From Callorhinchus milii (Eukaryota), in the NCBI RefSeq assembly GCF_018977255.1, contig NW_024704742.1, positions 46,936,001-47,000,000 on the forward strand: a stretch of DNA of 64,000 nt. The letters are read 5' to 3'. Below, piece by piece: positions 38,901 to 52,789 of the stretch. The notes beneath the pieces are model-generated. The model saw nothing but the letters and a program-made list of their open reading frames with translations, searched no databases and was not told the origin of the DNA. The number at the start of each line of letters is the position of its first letter. The first letter of the stretch is position 1. The translations under genes were made by a program, and so were the position numbers.

Positions 38901-39150
38901 GTAGGTGATGACAATGGAGAGGAACAAAGGAGAAATAGGGTCAAACATACCCAGGTTAGGGGCAGTAGGGAAGGTCACGGGAATGAAGGGAAGAGAGGAG
39001 GAGGAAAATATGGTCAGGTATATTTTATTGATTCTGCTCATTTGGATATCAATGACCACCTCAAATTTGGAAATACAGATGAGGATGGAGGGGGCTGGGA
39101 GGGGAACAGAGGAGGTGATTAGTGGTGGAGAAGAGTAATGTGGGAGTGTT
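35993..39150 (-). mobile_element. Old L2 fragment split by a CR1 insertion (pieces 35993-36085 and 38531-~39150)
   Basis: GAGGCAGAGGGAGCC|...|CTGGTGACAGA rejoins to match GAGGCAGAGGGAGTCCTGGTCACAGA in the L2 at ~18050-18078. Confidence 0.85.
36086..38530 (-). mobile_element. 5'-truncated CR1 LINE (ORF2 partial), frameshifted
   Basis: Minus ORFs give [60 protein letters not shown] and LEYCVQFWSP. The 3' end is at 36086. Confidence 0.98.
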
Positions 39151-39214
39151 CCTGGTCTACAGAATGATCTTGGACTAGAAAGAGGTTTTAGCCTTAGCCA
39201 AAAAAAAAGGAAAA

Positions 39215-39380
39215 AAAAAATTTGGACACTCAATCCACGACTGTTTGTGAGACAAAATTAGCTGCCACATTTTGCCCACAAAATATACAGTCAATTCACT
39301 TTACAGTATATTCTGTGAAGCGCTTTGAGATGTCTTGAAGACATGATAAGGCGCTATATCAAATGCAAGAATTATTATTA
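39215..39380 (+). mobile_element. SINE 3' half
   Basis: CACTCAATCCACGACTGTTTG...CAGTCAATTCACTTTACAG...GGCGCTATATCAAATGCAAG. Confidence 0.9.
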
Positions 39381-40709
39381 GGAGTAGTAGCCAGAGATGG
39401 CGAGGCAGTAATTACGGAGGGTTTAGTAGAAATTTTAGAGGTTTTAGTGAGAAACCTTTAATGCACAATTTTAATGGCATTTACATTAAGTCTACCTATG
39501 GCACAATTGCCTTTAATTCATCTAAACTTCTGATAAACAAACGTTCATAGGTCGTTCTCAGCAATTACAAACACAATTTACGTTTATACAGTGCTTTCAT
39601 CTTAAATCACTTCACAGGGCTGTCTGGAAACCCAAGCCAAGGGGAGGGGGAGCTAAGGAGAGAGGGAATATAAAGAGATCTGCAATGCACTGATTGAGAT
39701 ATTTATACCACTAACTGATTAAAATATAAATTACATTTTATGATAAATGGATTCATCAAGAATTGAATTTAAAGTTCATATTCTCTCTTAAAGTACTTTA
39801 AGTGAAATGATTTTTAAAATAAAGAGAACGGCTGTCAAAGGTAATGCTTTACTTTTATTCAAATAAAAGGTATTGAGAGATATTTGAAGGACACTACATT
39901 GTGAATACATAAGGAAAACTAATACTACTACTTAAGTTTGACCCCCACCCCCAGAAATATCAACAGCAGTTCTTGAAGAGTAAGATAGGTTAATAATTCA
40001 GGTAAATTGTTAATCCATGCCCCTTCATCAGAATAGAAACAGAGAGGATAATGAAAGGCAGAGGATCCAGACTAAGAAAAGTAAAGGTTCTGAAGAAATA
40101 AAAAAAATATAAATGGCTCACACGATAATGGACATCCTCCTGACTCGAAGATGCTATACAAGTGTAATTTGTTGTTGTTGGGTCTTGTTGGAATCTTGAA
40201 AGGAGGGTGTAAGCAATGGCAAGTGTGATAGGAATGATGACAGGAGTGATGGCAAGTGTGTCAGGAAACAACACTAAAAATATTATCGGGGAGAAGCAAT
40301 ACATTGCTAAGGTTATAAGAGACAAAATAATAAGAAAGGCATGTAACACAGGCACATACAAACAATAGTTAACCATTCAGCCCATCAAGCCTTCTCTATT
40401 ATTTCATTGATTTAAAGCTGCTCTTTATTATTAGTAGTATTAGTATTATTATTATTATTATGATTTACAGCATGAGGAAAGAGGAAACAATCAGGATTAG
40501 AGTATATCACTCCAGTGAAGCAGTCAGTATCATCCTAGATTGGGTTATCAGGAAGCATAGTTAAGACCTGAACTCATTTAAATTAACAGCTCAAAGCTAT
40601 AATGGGAAGCCTGTAGAGTGGATATTCTGGATGCATAGAATCAAATGGTCAAAAGGACCATTTTTATTGAAATTTCTTGTGATTGTTCTAATCCCATTTA
40701 TATCATTAA

Positions 40710-41162
40710 AAAAATGTGCTCACTTAATCTATTACTGTTTGTAGGACACTGTTGTGCACAATTGGTTGCCGCATTATGTCCACAAAATACAGTCAGTTCA
40801 CTTTACAATATATTCCATGAAGCTCTTTGACATGTCTCAACGACATGACAAAGTACTATATCAAACACAAGGATTATTATTATTAATAGTCCTTGCGTTT
40901 AATATAGCGCCCTTCATATTAGGAGGATATCTCAACAAAATTTACAGGCAGTGGAGTGATTGTGCATTTCTCTGCCTTAGACTGCTGGAAATACACAATG
41001 GGAAAACCAGCATCTGAAAGAGAAGAAATGCTTCTGAATATTAACTTGAACCATTCGCCCAGAAAAATGTAGTCAATTAAATTTACCGTATATTCTGTGA
41101 AGCACTTTGAGACATCTAGAAAACGTGATAAGACGCTATATCAAATGCAAGGATTATTATTG
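40710..41162 (+). mobile_element. Two SINE 3' fragments (40710-40885 and ~41055-41162)
   Basis: Both end in ...TATATCAAA(C/T)(A/G)CAAGGATTATTATT. Confidence 0.8.
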
Positions 41163-41563
41163 CAGTAACCTACTACCAGCTGTCTTGGTTCAATCGCAGA
41201 GACTGTCAGAACATTGGTTGTACAGGTTTTGCTGTTAATAGTCAAGTAATAGCAAGTCTTCAGTTCACAGCTTAGCTGCCACTATTATAGCTTTTACAAT
41301 TGTTGCATTTAAGTGAGTATAGAAAGCTTTTCTGATTCTCTCTGCAAGGGAGTTGACTCCCTGCACTGGTAGTATGGCTTCTCAATTAGAAAAGGATTTA
41401 TTGGGGTGAAAAATACACATGATGTGATCCACGTAGACTCATGGTTGATAATTCCATCAGCTGCTATTGGTGCTGGTGACCATGGATGGACACACACGAT
41501 CAGCAAGAATGATGCCCAGTTTATATCTGTCAACTAGTTTGACTGCCATTTTAATTAATTTCG

Positions 41564-41958
41564 TAATAATAATCCTTGCATTTGATATCTTTTGATATAT
41601 ATATCATTTGATATACCTTATCACGTCATCAAAGGGTTTTATAAGTTTTTATTGTGAAATGTAATGACTGTATATTTGTAGGCAAATGTGGTAACCAATT
41701 TATACATAGCAATGTCCCTCAAACAGCCATGAAGTGAGTGACCGGTTTTATTTTGGGGGATTGTTGGTCAGGACACAGGGAGAAACTCCCTTATCTTTTT
41801 GAATAGTGTCATGGGATCTTCAGTGTTCACTTAACACACACCACAAGCACTGCATTGGAGTGTCAGCCAGGCCGTGAGCTCAAAGTCCCGAAGTGGGGTT
41901 TAAACCTATAACCTCCTGATTCAAAGGCGAGAGTGTTACCAACTGAGTCAGGCTAACA
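41564..41958 (-). mobile_element. Old Deu-domain SINE
   Basis: Minus head GCCTGACTCAGTTGGTAACACTCTCGCC, then AAGATCCCATGACACTATTC and a (TTA)n tail. Confidence 0.87.
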
Positions 41959-42334
41959 GGGTTACTAGTGAGAGGGAATTATTTTATCTTGATCTTTGTC
42001 CTTTCATTTCACACAAGTGTGACCACTGATTGAGTTCATGACATTGATAACTGCCATCGTCGTAACTAAAATAAAATAGAATGTAGCCTCATAGAGGTAA
42101 CAATTTGGATCAATTTACAGGTCAAGTTTAGATTTAAAACATTCAACCCCAGGTTTTTGTCCAGCAACAGGAAACTGGTTGCTTTGGACAGGTGTGCTCT
42201 AAATTGCTGAGAAAATGCACATTTTGGATATAATAATCAGACAGTCCTATAAGCTGCTAAGAAAGTGGAAGTCTCAAGTGACAAGCTCCGCACTTCTGTG
42301 CTAATCAAACAAATCAGAGAAGCATCCCAAAATC

Positions 42335-42560
42335 AGATGCACCTGCATACCTAATTCTGGAGAATATTAGGCATTGGTTAGCAACAGGAAGGCTTGGGAA
42401 CCCAAACTTTGGGGTCCTGCTGGAATTTAACTGCATACTTTGCCATTTAGAGCACTGTCTGGCAAGCGTCCCATTGCTTGCTCTGATAGGACTACTCTAC
42501 TTGTAAGGGCTTTGGTTTGTCTGGTTAACAGAAGCCCAGTGGGAAGAATCCCTGGCCTCA
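42335..42560 (+). repeat. Unclassified old interspersed repeat, copy 4
   Basis: ATACCTAATTCTGG...TGGTTAGCAAC..AAGGCTTGGG...AGCACTGTCTGGCAAG...AGGGCTTTGG...CCAGTGGGAAGAATCC matches 3170-3375. Confidence 0.75.
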
Positions 42561-44139
42561 GTTGTATGGGCAATGGTATCCATGCAAAGCATCTTCAAAT
42601 ACAGTCAAATTATTTTACTAAACGTAATCTGTAGCCTGGGTTCTTTGATTTCATGTTTCAATGAGGTAGTTGAGGTATTTTCAAAACCACTTCAAAGACA
42701 CCATCAGTCTGAATGTAATTGCATTTGGAGTATTAAACCATGCTTGATACTTGTGTATAACTTAAATAAAATAATTATGCAAACTACTTAATCAAACTCC
42801 GCTCATGAACATGACAAATGAATAGCATTGTAATTATAATGTCATGACATACACTCTAATCAAACCACAAACAAGTAAGAGGGTATTAATAATTTCATGA
42901 GTCTACAGGATAATTGGAGTGGACTGTATTTTTGGTCAGACGGGCATCTGATACATATTCCACATATGCATGAAAATTTAATTGGAATAGAGGGAGTTAA
43001 TGCCGCTTGTACATTTATAGAGTGAGTTATTTTATAAAGGGGGCTCTATTACATGCTGACCACTTTGTTCTGTGTTTCAAATGAAAAATAATGGGAAATT
43101 GCATTATAAACACACAACAAATATAGTTTGCCAGTTTTAACAATCACTATGTATTAGACCTCAAACAATTTAGTTAGCGCAGCAGTAAGGAAGATAGCTT
43201 TCTATGTGCTCTTGTAAAGAAAGATGAAAATTATGGAGAGTTTCCAAGAAACATCCTGTGCTGAGGCATTTGCATTTTCTATGCAAAGATTTATGAGACA
43301 CAGAATGCAATACTAATGTTCAGTAACACAATTAATGAAACACAAGTTTTTTTTTAGCAGCTTATACTGAAGAGTGTTGTTTATTCAATCACCCTTTCCT
43401 GTTAGTCTTTCAACTTTTTATTTTGTGATGTAATTTCTGTTATATCCTAGCCTCCGAGATGCTATCCTGCATGAAGGGCAATATATAAATGCAAGTAGTT
43501 GTTGTTGTAACCTGGTTTATCTTATTTTAAGAAGTATAATGGTATTGTGCATCTGATATTTTGCCATTGCTTTCATTTAACACAATGAGATTGAAAATAC
43601 AATATTTCACCCATAAAATACACAGTCACTCGACATTACAGTATATCCCTTGAAGCGGTTTCAGAAATCCTCCTGAATGAAAGGCAATATACCAAATTTG
43701 GCCCAACAAGTCTGCACCAGCTCTCACAGCAAGCTGTTCATTCAATTCCACTGCTCTGTCTTGTCCCCACACCACTTCAAGCCTTTATTTTTCATGTAGT
43801 TGTCTACTTTCCTCTTGAAACCCAAGAGATTATTATATTCACAAACTGGAACTTGCTTATGTCTGACATTTTTTTTTACGGTCTGATTCTTGGTTGAGAA
43901 AAGGTGCAAAAAGAAAAATGTTGGTTGTGAAATTTACTCAACACAGTTCACATCTCCCACAGCACAAGTCTCAGGAATGTTTTTAGGTGGACAAAAGATG
44001 TCATCAAATCCTCTTGCATATACACGCAACCAATGGAAATATATTTTTGCAATTTTCACTACCCAAGTAACTGCAACAGAACCAAGGAAAAGTTTGAGTA
44101 ATCACCTGAATATCAGGTGTCATTGGATCCAATTGCTCT

Positions 44140-44360
44140 GGTATGGACCATTTTCACTTCCAAACTGGTGCATGCTTCAAAACCCTCCACTCCCTTGCTC
44201 CCCCCTATCTCTGTGACCACCACATAGACTTGTCCGCTCCCCCCATTCAGCAGGTTCCATGTCTCCCTCCCACCCCAACATCAGCTGTTGGGCCTTCAGC
44301 CTTTCTGCCCCCACCCTTTGGAATTCCATCCCACAGTGCCTTCATCTTGTTTCCTCTGTG
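44140..44360 (+). mobile_element. Old L2 fragment
   Basis: Frame FKTLHSLAPPYLCD is an L2 ORF2 C-terminal motif. Confidence 0.75.
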
Positions 44361-45205
44361 CCGAGGCATTGGGAGAACTATAACTGTATGCTTATGTTTT
44401 CACATTTAACAATAAACCATGAATGAAAATTGCTGAGAGTTCAATCAGTGCAATTCGCCTGATGTTACAAAAATATTTTGGGGGGGGCAAACACAGGCTA
44501 AAGTTTTAGAGGAATAGTGAAAGCACAAATCTTAATTGAACAGGTAATTTAGTTTTACCAGCATCAGTGAAGTGAACATTATGTCCTGAGCAATGTGGTT
44601 CACAGCTGCTCATCAAAGTATAAAGCATGTTTTAATCATTCAACATCTATAAAGGTAGCATTTTAAAAAAATATTACAGTCTTTACAGTGGTCAATGAGA
44701 ACAACCAAATTAAAGTTTGAATAAGAATGATATATAATCTCTGAAAAATCAGAAACCTATTACAGAATAGTCAAACTCCTACTAAAATATTCAGTAACAA
44801 ATAGTAGATTATACATCTTTAATGCATGCTAAATTTAAGAAAGTCTTCCTACCAAGCAATTTAAAAGTTAATATAAATGCAAAGTAAAACACAGTTATAA
44901 CCAGCACCAGGAAAATAAGCTTATTGCATTTTTATGCATCTTTCGTTGTACTGTATTTACCAGTGGCATAATTAAACCTTAGCTTGCTACAGACAGCTTT
45001 CTGTTGTGTTCTCAAATGGATTATCAGATTTGCACCAGGGTGAAGATCTATTGACTCAGTTTTCATCTAACAAGAACCAAACCATTGGCACTGCTATCTG
45101 ATAAGGTGATGAGCAAGTGTTCAATGCTACAGGAACTACAACGTGGTATGGTTGCATATTTCCTTTGTGTCAATTTGTTTAACTGATTTTGCTAACTTTC
45201 CTATT

Positions 45206-45530
45206 GTGGAGTCCTGTAGCTCAGTGGTTAGAGCACCCGCTTTGCAAGCGAGAGACCTGAGTTCAATTCCAGGCAGGGCGAAACCTTGGGCAAGTTTCCT
45301 TACTCCACACGGCTAATAATAATCCCTCCAAAACCAAAAACAATAATAAAATTGGTCATTTTCAATCTACGACTGTTTGTGGGACATTGCTGTGCACAAT
45401 TGGCTGCCGCATTCGCCCACAAATATACAGTCAATTCACTTTACAGTGTGTTCTGTGAAGCGCTTTGGGACGTCCTCCTTATGTGAAAAGCGCTATATTA
45501 AATGCAAGGATTATTATTATTATTATTATT
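45206..45530 (+). mobile_element. tRNA-Ala SINE, short (young) form
   Basis: Full head, short junction and GGGACGTCCTCC tail loop. Confidence 0.97.
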
Positions 45531-45699
45531 GTGTTTTACAATATGAAAAAGCATTTGAAAGCAGTAATGTGAATTTGTTCCTCAAGGTCCTTGAATAAAG
45601 AGAACTACTGCAGTCCTGCATTAATGTATTGAACAGTTATAGAGCAGTGAACGTCTTCACTTACTGCCCAATGTCTCAGCAGTACTTCTCAGGCTTTTA

Positions 45700-46010
45700 G
45701 AACATAGAAACATAGGAACAGGAGTAGGCCAATCAGCCCCTCAAGCCTGTTTCGCCATTCTATTAGAGCATAGCTGATCTGTACCACTACCCGACTTTGT
45801 CCCATATCCCTTGATACCGTGACCTAACAAAAATCTATCCACCCCATTCTTGAATATTTGAAGGGATCCAACATCCACAGCCTTGGGGGAGAGAGTTTCA
45901 GATTTCCGCTACACATTGCGTGCAAAAATGCTGTCTCATTTCACTGCTAAATGGCCTAGCTCTAATTTTAAGATTATGCCCCTTGTTCTGGATTTTGGAC
46001 AAGATCAAGC
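45700..46010 (-). mobile_element. CR1 3' fragment
   Basis: GAACATAGAAACATAGGAACAGGAGTAGGCCAATCAGCCCCTC resembles the CR1 end at 36090-36140. Confidence 0.88.
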
Positions 46011-46919
46011 GTGGTATCTGTTTTATCAGTTACTCCTTGGGCCTGCCAGTGCTCTCCCTTTGAGGTTGAGTCATGTAGGGATGCCATCACTTGAATTTCC
46101 ACATGATTTATTCATGACGAGTGGAGCTACTGCCAGGAAAGCTATGCCTTCTTCCCTCTGTCAAGATGTGTCAATATGTTATCCTATGTGAAATGCTTTA
46201 TTTAAGTGAAAGTTGCAGTTGTTGTGTATTCCTTTAGACATTACTACTGATGTCCGCTTTTTTATTTTCTCCCTTCTTCATCCACCTAAAATATTATTTT
46301 AAACATCAAAAATTGCATGGAATTTTAGTAAACATTTCCTGAAAAGAACTGGAAAATCGAAATCCAATTTAAGACAGAATTTCAGTCCCTTTTACAAAAT
46401 TCCACAGAAACCTAAATTTCAAGCCTAAAAACATAAGCAATTTCAAGCTCATGGTCAGCATGGCTTCCTGCTATAATGGTCAATGCTTTTATCCAATAGG
46501 GCATGGGGGAAGCCATTTATGCTGATGCTAACACAATATGCACTCATATAAATCGTCTTCCTCAGTACATACACCTTGATGCATCTGAAGCAACGGTAAT
46601 GCAACAGTAAGCATCACAATGTATACATTACATTCCTCTTCCCCCACCCCCACCAACCCCACCCCAACATAAATAGGCACTGTCCACCATAACAGATACT
46701 TATTGCAGCTATACTAAGAGAGAATAATGTGTGATAACCAATGTTCATTCATCTGGTATTGAGGATTGAGATCTTCCACAATTTAAAGTTATAGTTTTAA
46801 GTAAGTTAAAATATTCATATGATAAAATATGTATCCCCTCAGTACCTTCACAGTAGTTTATTTCAGATTTAAAGGAAAATGTAACATGTTGCTTTGGATA
46901 TTAAACAAGCTTGGGCTTT

Positions 46920-47270
46920 TTGGCCTTGAGATAATGATGACTCAAAAGTGTATCAAATTTTAAGTGGGACTGCAAAAGTAAACCCAGAACAATACTTTAG
47001 GATGTACAAAGACATTAGGACGAAAGAACATTGGTTTAGAATTCTGAAAGGCAATCATAATCACCCGTACGTTTCAGGACAGAGACCAGGAGGGTAATTA
47101 ACAACTGAAACAGGTTGCCAAGAAGAAGCACTCACTATTGATGTGTCATTCCAGGACGCTGGACTAATATATAATGCAAATTGATGCTGTGATGGGAGGA
47201 TGGGAGGGTAGGTATTCTGGAGGGATGAGATCAGATGGCCTGAAGGGCCTTCTTCATCCGAGCCAATCTT
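46920..47270 (+). mobile_element. Highly decayed CR1 3' fragment
   Basis: GCTTGGGCTTTTTGGCCTTGAG...AAAAGTAAACCCAGA...GATGCTGTGATGGGAGG. Colinear with 13380-13660. Confidence 0.6.
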
Positions 47271-48809
47271 GGGATCTTGTAAAGTAAATTGGAGGGACCA
47301 GGGCAAGATTCTAGTCACTCAAGAGTATGACACACCAAAAGTGAGTGACTAAGCCACCAAAAGTGCAGAGGGTTAAGGAGGTCAATGAGACATTTCTCAG
47401 TATCAGTGTTGGAACAAGAGTAGGGTATCAAAAACGCTGTGTATCAGGTTCACTGCAGGACAAATCAGATGATAGAAGTATCAAACTTCGAGACGAATAC
47501 ATTCCAGCTCTGAGATGAATAATCAATATCTTCCTCTCTAGTATATATTCTGTGCTGACCCACAAGTATTGCAATAAAACATCTGACTCTGTGACTGTAA
47601 TATAATATGCAGTGACTCATGGGTTTAGATATAAATTGGCAGCACTTGGAAAATGCTTTGACTGTAACCAGACAGATCTTGGTGAAGATTGAGGTCAACC
47701 ATGAGTGATGGTTTGACTGACCTTGAAGAAGAACACTGCAGTCTACTCTATAAAAAAAGATGATGGATATCCATTTGATAGATCAATAGCTACTGTAGCA
47801 TAACAGGAACAGGACATTTGGTCTCAAGACTCTCTATGATGTTGGAGGACCCTGATCACATGTCCACCAAAGGCCCACTTGAACCAAAGTAAGCCATCCA
47901 TAACAGTTAAAATACTCCTTGCCGTGATATAAGTCACTTCCATTATCTCCAAATACCAGAATTCGCTTTGACCAATAGATTAGTTAACTTAAGAAAAGTC
48001 CCAAAAACTTGATCATTACATCTGTTTTTGAATAAAGGTAGCCCATTTTTTTCTCTTCTGGCTTTTTATTATATTTTGGCAGCTCGTTATATTTTTAAAT
48101 TCACTTTCTTGATCCTTCTCTATAACTTGTTATAATTTTTTACTTTCCATGATCTATAATCACACAATTTGAACTTAGGTCAGCCCAAGTTCAAATTCTA
48201 ACTACATTTGAGTAAGACTTTTAAGCTTTGAAGATCGACAGCGTTTCTTGAATACTTGGATCTGCCCCAGCCCAATAATTGACTTAAATGAAAGAGGACT
48301 TACAACTCCAATAAAATTCATTTTGGAATGGATCTATTATCCAACTGGACTTTAACTCTCACACTGATATATTATGCATACTCTTAAGTTTGCATCAAAG
48401 TTCGTACCTTCACTGTAACTTTTATCTGGAAAATAATTACTATTTAATTTATGTGTAACAGCAGGCAACAGGGTTTCAATTCAATTCATTTAAAATTCAA
48501 TACCTTCAGCATATCAAAATCCTTTCCTATTTTTTATTCAGTTATTCATTGAAATTTAGTTTTATGTTTTTCTGTGGATTTTTCAATTGAATAATATATT
48601 GCAATTTTAGCACCAAAAGCAACTGATAGGCTTAAATACAGTAATCAGTTTACACTTTATAATGTACTATATTCACTTTCTGGGCCCATATTCTGTCATA
48701 AAATGCAAGCATCATTTAATGCCAAGTGCTGGGACCAACAAAACACTGCAATGCGGAAACACTATTAAATGTCTGAAATCTGCAAGAGTTGTTTTACAAG
48801 TTTTCTCCT

Positions 48810-49305
48810 CCCTTGAAGGTAATGCCTATTTTTGGATGATAGATCCACAGGCAATGGCAATCCACAAGCCCTTGCCAAGTGGCCATTTTTCATGTGTGAA
48901 TCCAGACACTGAATGCTGGAAGGCTATTCAACTTCAACAGAAGTTGATCCTATCCCTACCATATATCCGGATATGGAGTCACCCTAGCAAAATTCACTGG
49001 ACAGTAAAATTCCACCTTGCCCTGAACCTTTTGTCTTAAAATTTAAGATGCAGAATTGAGGGAAATTCTTAAATTGGGTACTAATTTGGAAGCCAGTCAT
49101 TTTAAAGAATGGATAACCCACTTTCAATTTAAGACAATTCGCTTTATTTTTAAATTTCAAGAAAAAAATACTGTAAAAAGCCACGTGGAATTTCAGGTCT
49201 CAGAAGCAGGAAACGACTGACATGTTGCCCTTCCTGGCCCATGGGTGCTGAGACCAATTGTACTGCCAAAATTCGATGGCTCTGCTAAGGCCATGAACTA
49301 AACCT
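48810..49305 (-). mobile_element. Old SINE-like element (third family) interrupted by a MITE
   Basis: Shares AGGCTATT and CCTTGCC(C)AAG with 52790-52990. The 49225-49260 segment resembles the reverse complement of 15489-15525. Confidence 0.6.
49005..49199. mobile_element. Palindromic MITE-like element
   Basis: Outer inverted pair AAATTCCAC (49007-49015) / GTGGAATTT (49185-49193). Inner pair TTGTCTTAAA (49031-49040) / TTTAAGACAA (49128-49137). Confidence 0.7.
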
Positions 49306-49434
49306 GAAAGTGTATGATATTGATGATTTTACAGCAAGCTCTTGTTTTACATTAACTTTCTGTACAGCAACAACAGAAGCACAAAATTCCATCTAGTCTT
49401 AAATGTGAATATAAAAATTTATCTTAGCAACTAT

Positions 49435-49842
49435 GTTACCTGCTTCAGTTGGTAACACTCTTGCCTCTCAATCAGAAGGTTTTGGGTTCAAGATCCAAGT
49501 TGGGAACTCACATAGTCTTGGCTGATCCTGTCATGCACTGCTGGGAGAGCACTGCATTTTTGGAGGTGTTGTCAATCAGATGAGACACTAAACTGAGGAA
49601 CCATCTGCTTGTTACAGCACTATTCAAATAGAGAAGGGAGTTTCTCCCAATATCCTAGCCAATAATTCTCCAGATACAATTGGTCATTCTCTTCATTGTT
49701 GTTTGTGGGACACTGCTATGCATAAACACGGCTGAGATGTTTGCCTTCAAGCCCTACATAATACACACTAAATGGTAAATCCTATGATGTGCTTTGAGAC
49801 ATCCTCCAGACATGAAAAGCACTATGTAAAATAATTATTATA
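49435..49842 (+). mobile_element. Old Deu-domain SINE
   Basis: TCAGTTGGTAACACTCTTGCCTCTCAATCAGAAGG head, GGAGGTGTTGTC..AGATGAGACACTAAACTGAGG and L2-like tail. Confidence 0.87.
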
Positions 49843-50889
49843 TTAAAAAAAACTGAAAGAACAAAGGCTAGAACATTATTTTACTTGCTTTATGGTATGA
49901 ACAAGACTAGTGAGGTTGCAAATGATTGTGCTGCTGTAAACAAAGCACAGTTTTAATGTTGATGTTCCTCCGCTCTCCTTCCACAAACTGAAAGCACTTT
50001 AAAGTTCATGGACTTGGAGATCAATGAGCAAAAGCTTACAATCTTTAAATGGTTCAAGAACAAGGGTACAAACTGGGCCATGGAAACTCTTATCTGTGAA
50101 GGATACCAGGAAAAATAAAGAACACGCCTGTCTGCAAAGAGAAACCTCACTTTGAAACTGGTAGCGTTATCGTTAATCTTTTTATTCATTTTATTCAATC
50201 CTGTATTAATTAAAATATAATCAACATACAAAACTGGTCACGCTGCTAATATTTCGGTGCTATATAAAAGACTCAAAAACAAGATTCTGCTTCGCAAATT
50301 GCATTACAAATTGACATGAAAGGCACTTTACAAATGTAATTTTGTATTTTGTTTGTGTTCCCAGCCAGTCTGGGCCTGTCAACTGGATCTGCAATAAAAC
50401 AGCATGTGTTGCAACATGCTTGAGAGGAGCGATACTGGGTTCAGATGAAATTGCTAGCCACTTTGAATATAAGTGGGCTACAGAGAGCATTTAATAAAGT
50501 TGAAGCCAGACAGAAATATACAATTGTGAGATTTACCTCTAAAACCATTATATCTTAAAAGTTAAGTTCATGCAGAAATATGGAAAATTCTGAAATTCAT
50601 CCTGAATTTGAAAGCCATTTCTTTTTAAGACCTGCAGAAACTTGGTTCCAAATTAATACTGAAGTGAAGAATTTTCCACAGTTCTGTATTATCTTAAAGT
50701 ATAAAACATAATAGTTTTACAGGCTCAGACTTGGTGGATGTTTACATTTCAGCAACTTTCTATTCCCAATATCCACTGACAAAACAGCACTTCCTGTTTG
50801 CTCATATTCCATACTGGAAGAATTTCAATAGAAAATCATTCTTGTAAATCCCTACCAAGATGATTTAGTGATTTTCAGTGAATAAAGCA

Positions 50890-51249
50890 AATAATAATAA
50901 TAATCCTTGCATTTGATATAGTGCATTTGATATCACATCTTCAAGACATCTCAAAGCGCTTCACAGAATATAATGTAAAGTGAATTGACTGTATATTTTG
51001 TGGGCGAAATCCAGCAGCCAATTGCGTACAGCAGTGTCCTACAAACAGTCGTGGATTGATTGAGTGACCATTTTTTTTATTTCCCCTGGAAAAGTGATCA
51101 GCCAATCAATTAACAACCGGGTTCCTACTTACTGCTCGGTTAACAGAGGTACCTGGAGTAAGGAAACTTGAGCAGCATTTCGCCCTGCCTGGGAATCAAA
51201 CCCAGGTCCTCTCACTTGCTAGGCGAGTGCTCTAACCATTAAACTACAG
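50890..51249 (-). mobile_element. tRNA-Ala SINE, long form
   Basis: Head, CCTCTGTTAACCGAGCAGTAAGTAGGAACCCGG middle segment and (TTA)n tail. Confidence 0.93.
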
Positions 51250-52789
51250 TGTTATAAAGACTGAACCATCTGGTAATGTATTACTTTATTGCTAGTTTAC
51301 TGTGAAAAACATCTACTTTCAGATCAGTGCAAATATGTTTTCTTATGTGCAGTGATATTTGAATGGTATTAAAATAAGAATATGTAGCTTGAAAACAGCT
51401 TTGGACATTATTATTGTCCATATAAGTGTTGCAATGGTCTTAGTAGGTGACAGTAACATTTAACATTGCATCAGTTAGTAGCAAATTAATCCATTTAGAG
51501 AGTCCAGGAACCTTTTAAAGACAACCAATTTCTATTTATAGTGTGTTAATTATAATGTTAAAAGTGAGCAATATTAAAGCAGTTTTGATCTTAGATTAAA
51601 CTGCTTGAATAGACAAAAAAAATGTTTGTGAGATTAAGATCGCAATTCCAAATGACTGTCAGACCCTGATTGAGTACTTGAAAAACTTTAATTTAATAAT
51701 AATTTAAATACAATTGGTGCAATGCCCAAAGTATTATGGTTCTATATAAAAGGAAAAGTAGCAACATTTGACAGAACCAAGCACCATGGCAATCTTTCAG
51801 ACTAAATTTGATTAATTAGCAGGACAAGGCAATACATCCTCTCAAAGGGCAGCTCACTAAAGTTTATGAGGACTCTGACTGCAAGCATTATTCCCTGGCA
51901 CTGTTGAATGATGGCAACGTTGGCACCAAATAGTATTGCAGACTGTATTTACATATCCTTTGTATTTTGCACAGTTGCAAAGAAATATAAATCTCAGTAT
52001 CTGGTGCAAGAGCAATCTCTCCGTAAACAACACCAACACACTGCTGGCTCCCAGATAAGACTCTAATCACACCCATATCTCACACAGTATATTGGTAGTA
52101 GAGGAACAGAATTATTTTAACTGTTTGGACATTGTTGAGCCAAAACAATTAAAGAATGAAGTGAGTGGCATTGGTGCTAATTGTTTTTCAATATAAATGC
52201 ATTCAACTGTGTTTTTATGTGAATGTTTGCAAGTTAATGATTAATGTTTCAGACACGACACTTGTGGTATGCTAATCATTGAAAGTAATAATTCTGTCGA
52301 ATTTTCACAATGTACAGGTTTAGAATTGAATTTATTTCATATAATTGTTGGAATTTTTCAATTTAGAATCTAAACACAAAACATTGGCAAATAATTTGTT
52401 CAGTTCTTTAAGAGAACAAGAACTTTCCATCATTACTCATAATTAACAAAACAGCAGTCATTTGTAATGTTTAATTTTGCAAACATTTCTTAGGATAATC
52501 ATTACTCAGAAAGTATTTAATCCATGGATTACCAGGAAGGTAACTTAAAGACAGGATACTGCAGTCATTTAACAACAACAACAATAACAAAGAAACAGCT
52601 TGACATAAAGTGTATCCTGGAGGAATGAAATCAAATGGACCAAAGGCCTTTTTTGTCTATGGTTTGCTGGGGACCTTGTGTCTCAAGTTTAAGGAATCCA
52701 TTTTCGAGTTTAGAAATGTGCCTGATATTCCCATAAAAAGCTAAATACTATTCAGAGGACAGTCAATAATTAATAAAAAAAACATTTGT

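Noticed and set aside
39990..40376. 128-aa hydrophobic ORF resembling a membrane protein
   Set aside because: Hydrophobicity follows from the T-rich strand. It crosses an L2-type tail and a short tandem duplication.
48166..48197. Short hairpin AATTTGAACTTAGG-TCAG-CCCAAGTTCAAATT
   Set aside because: Isolated 14-bp AT-rich stem with no supporting context.
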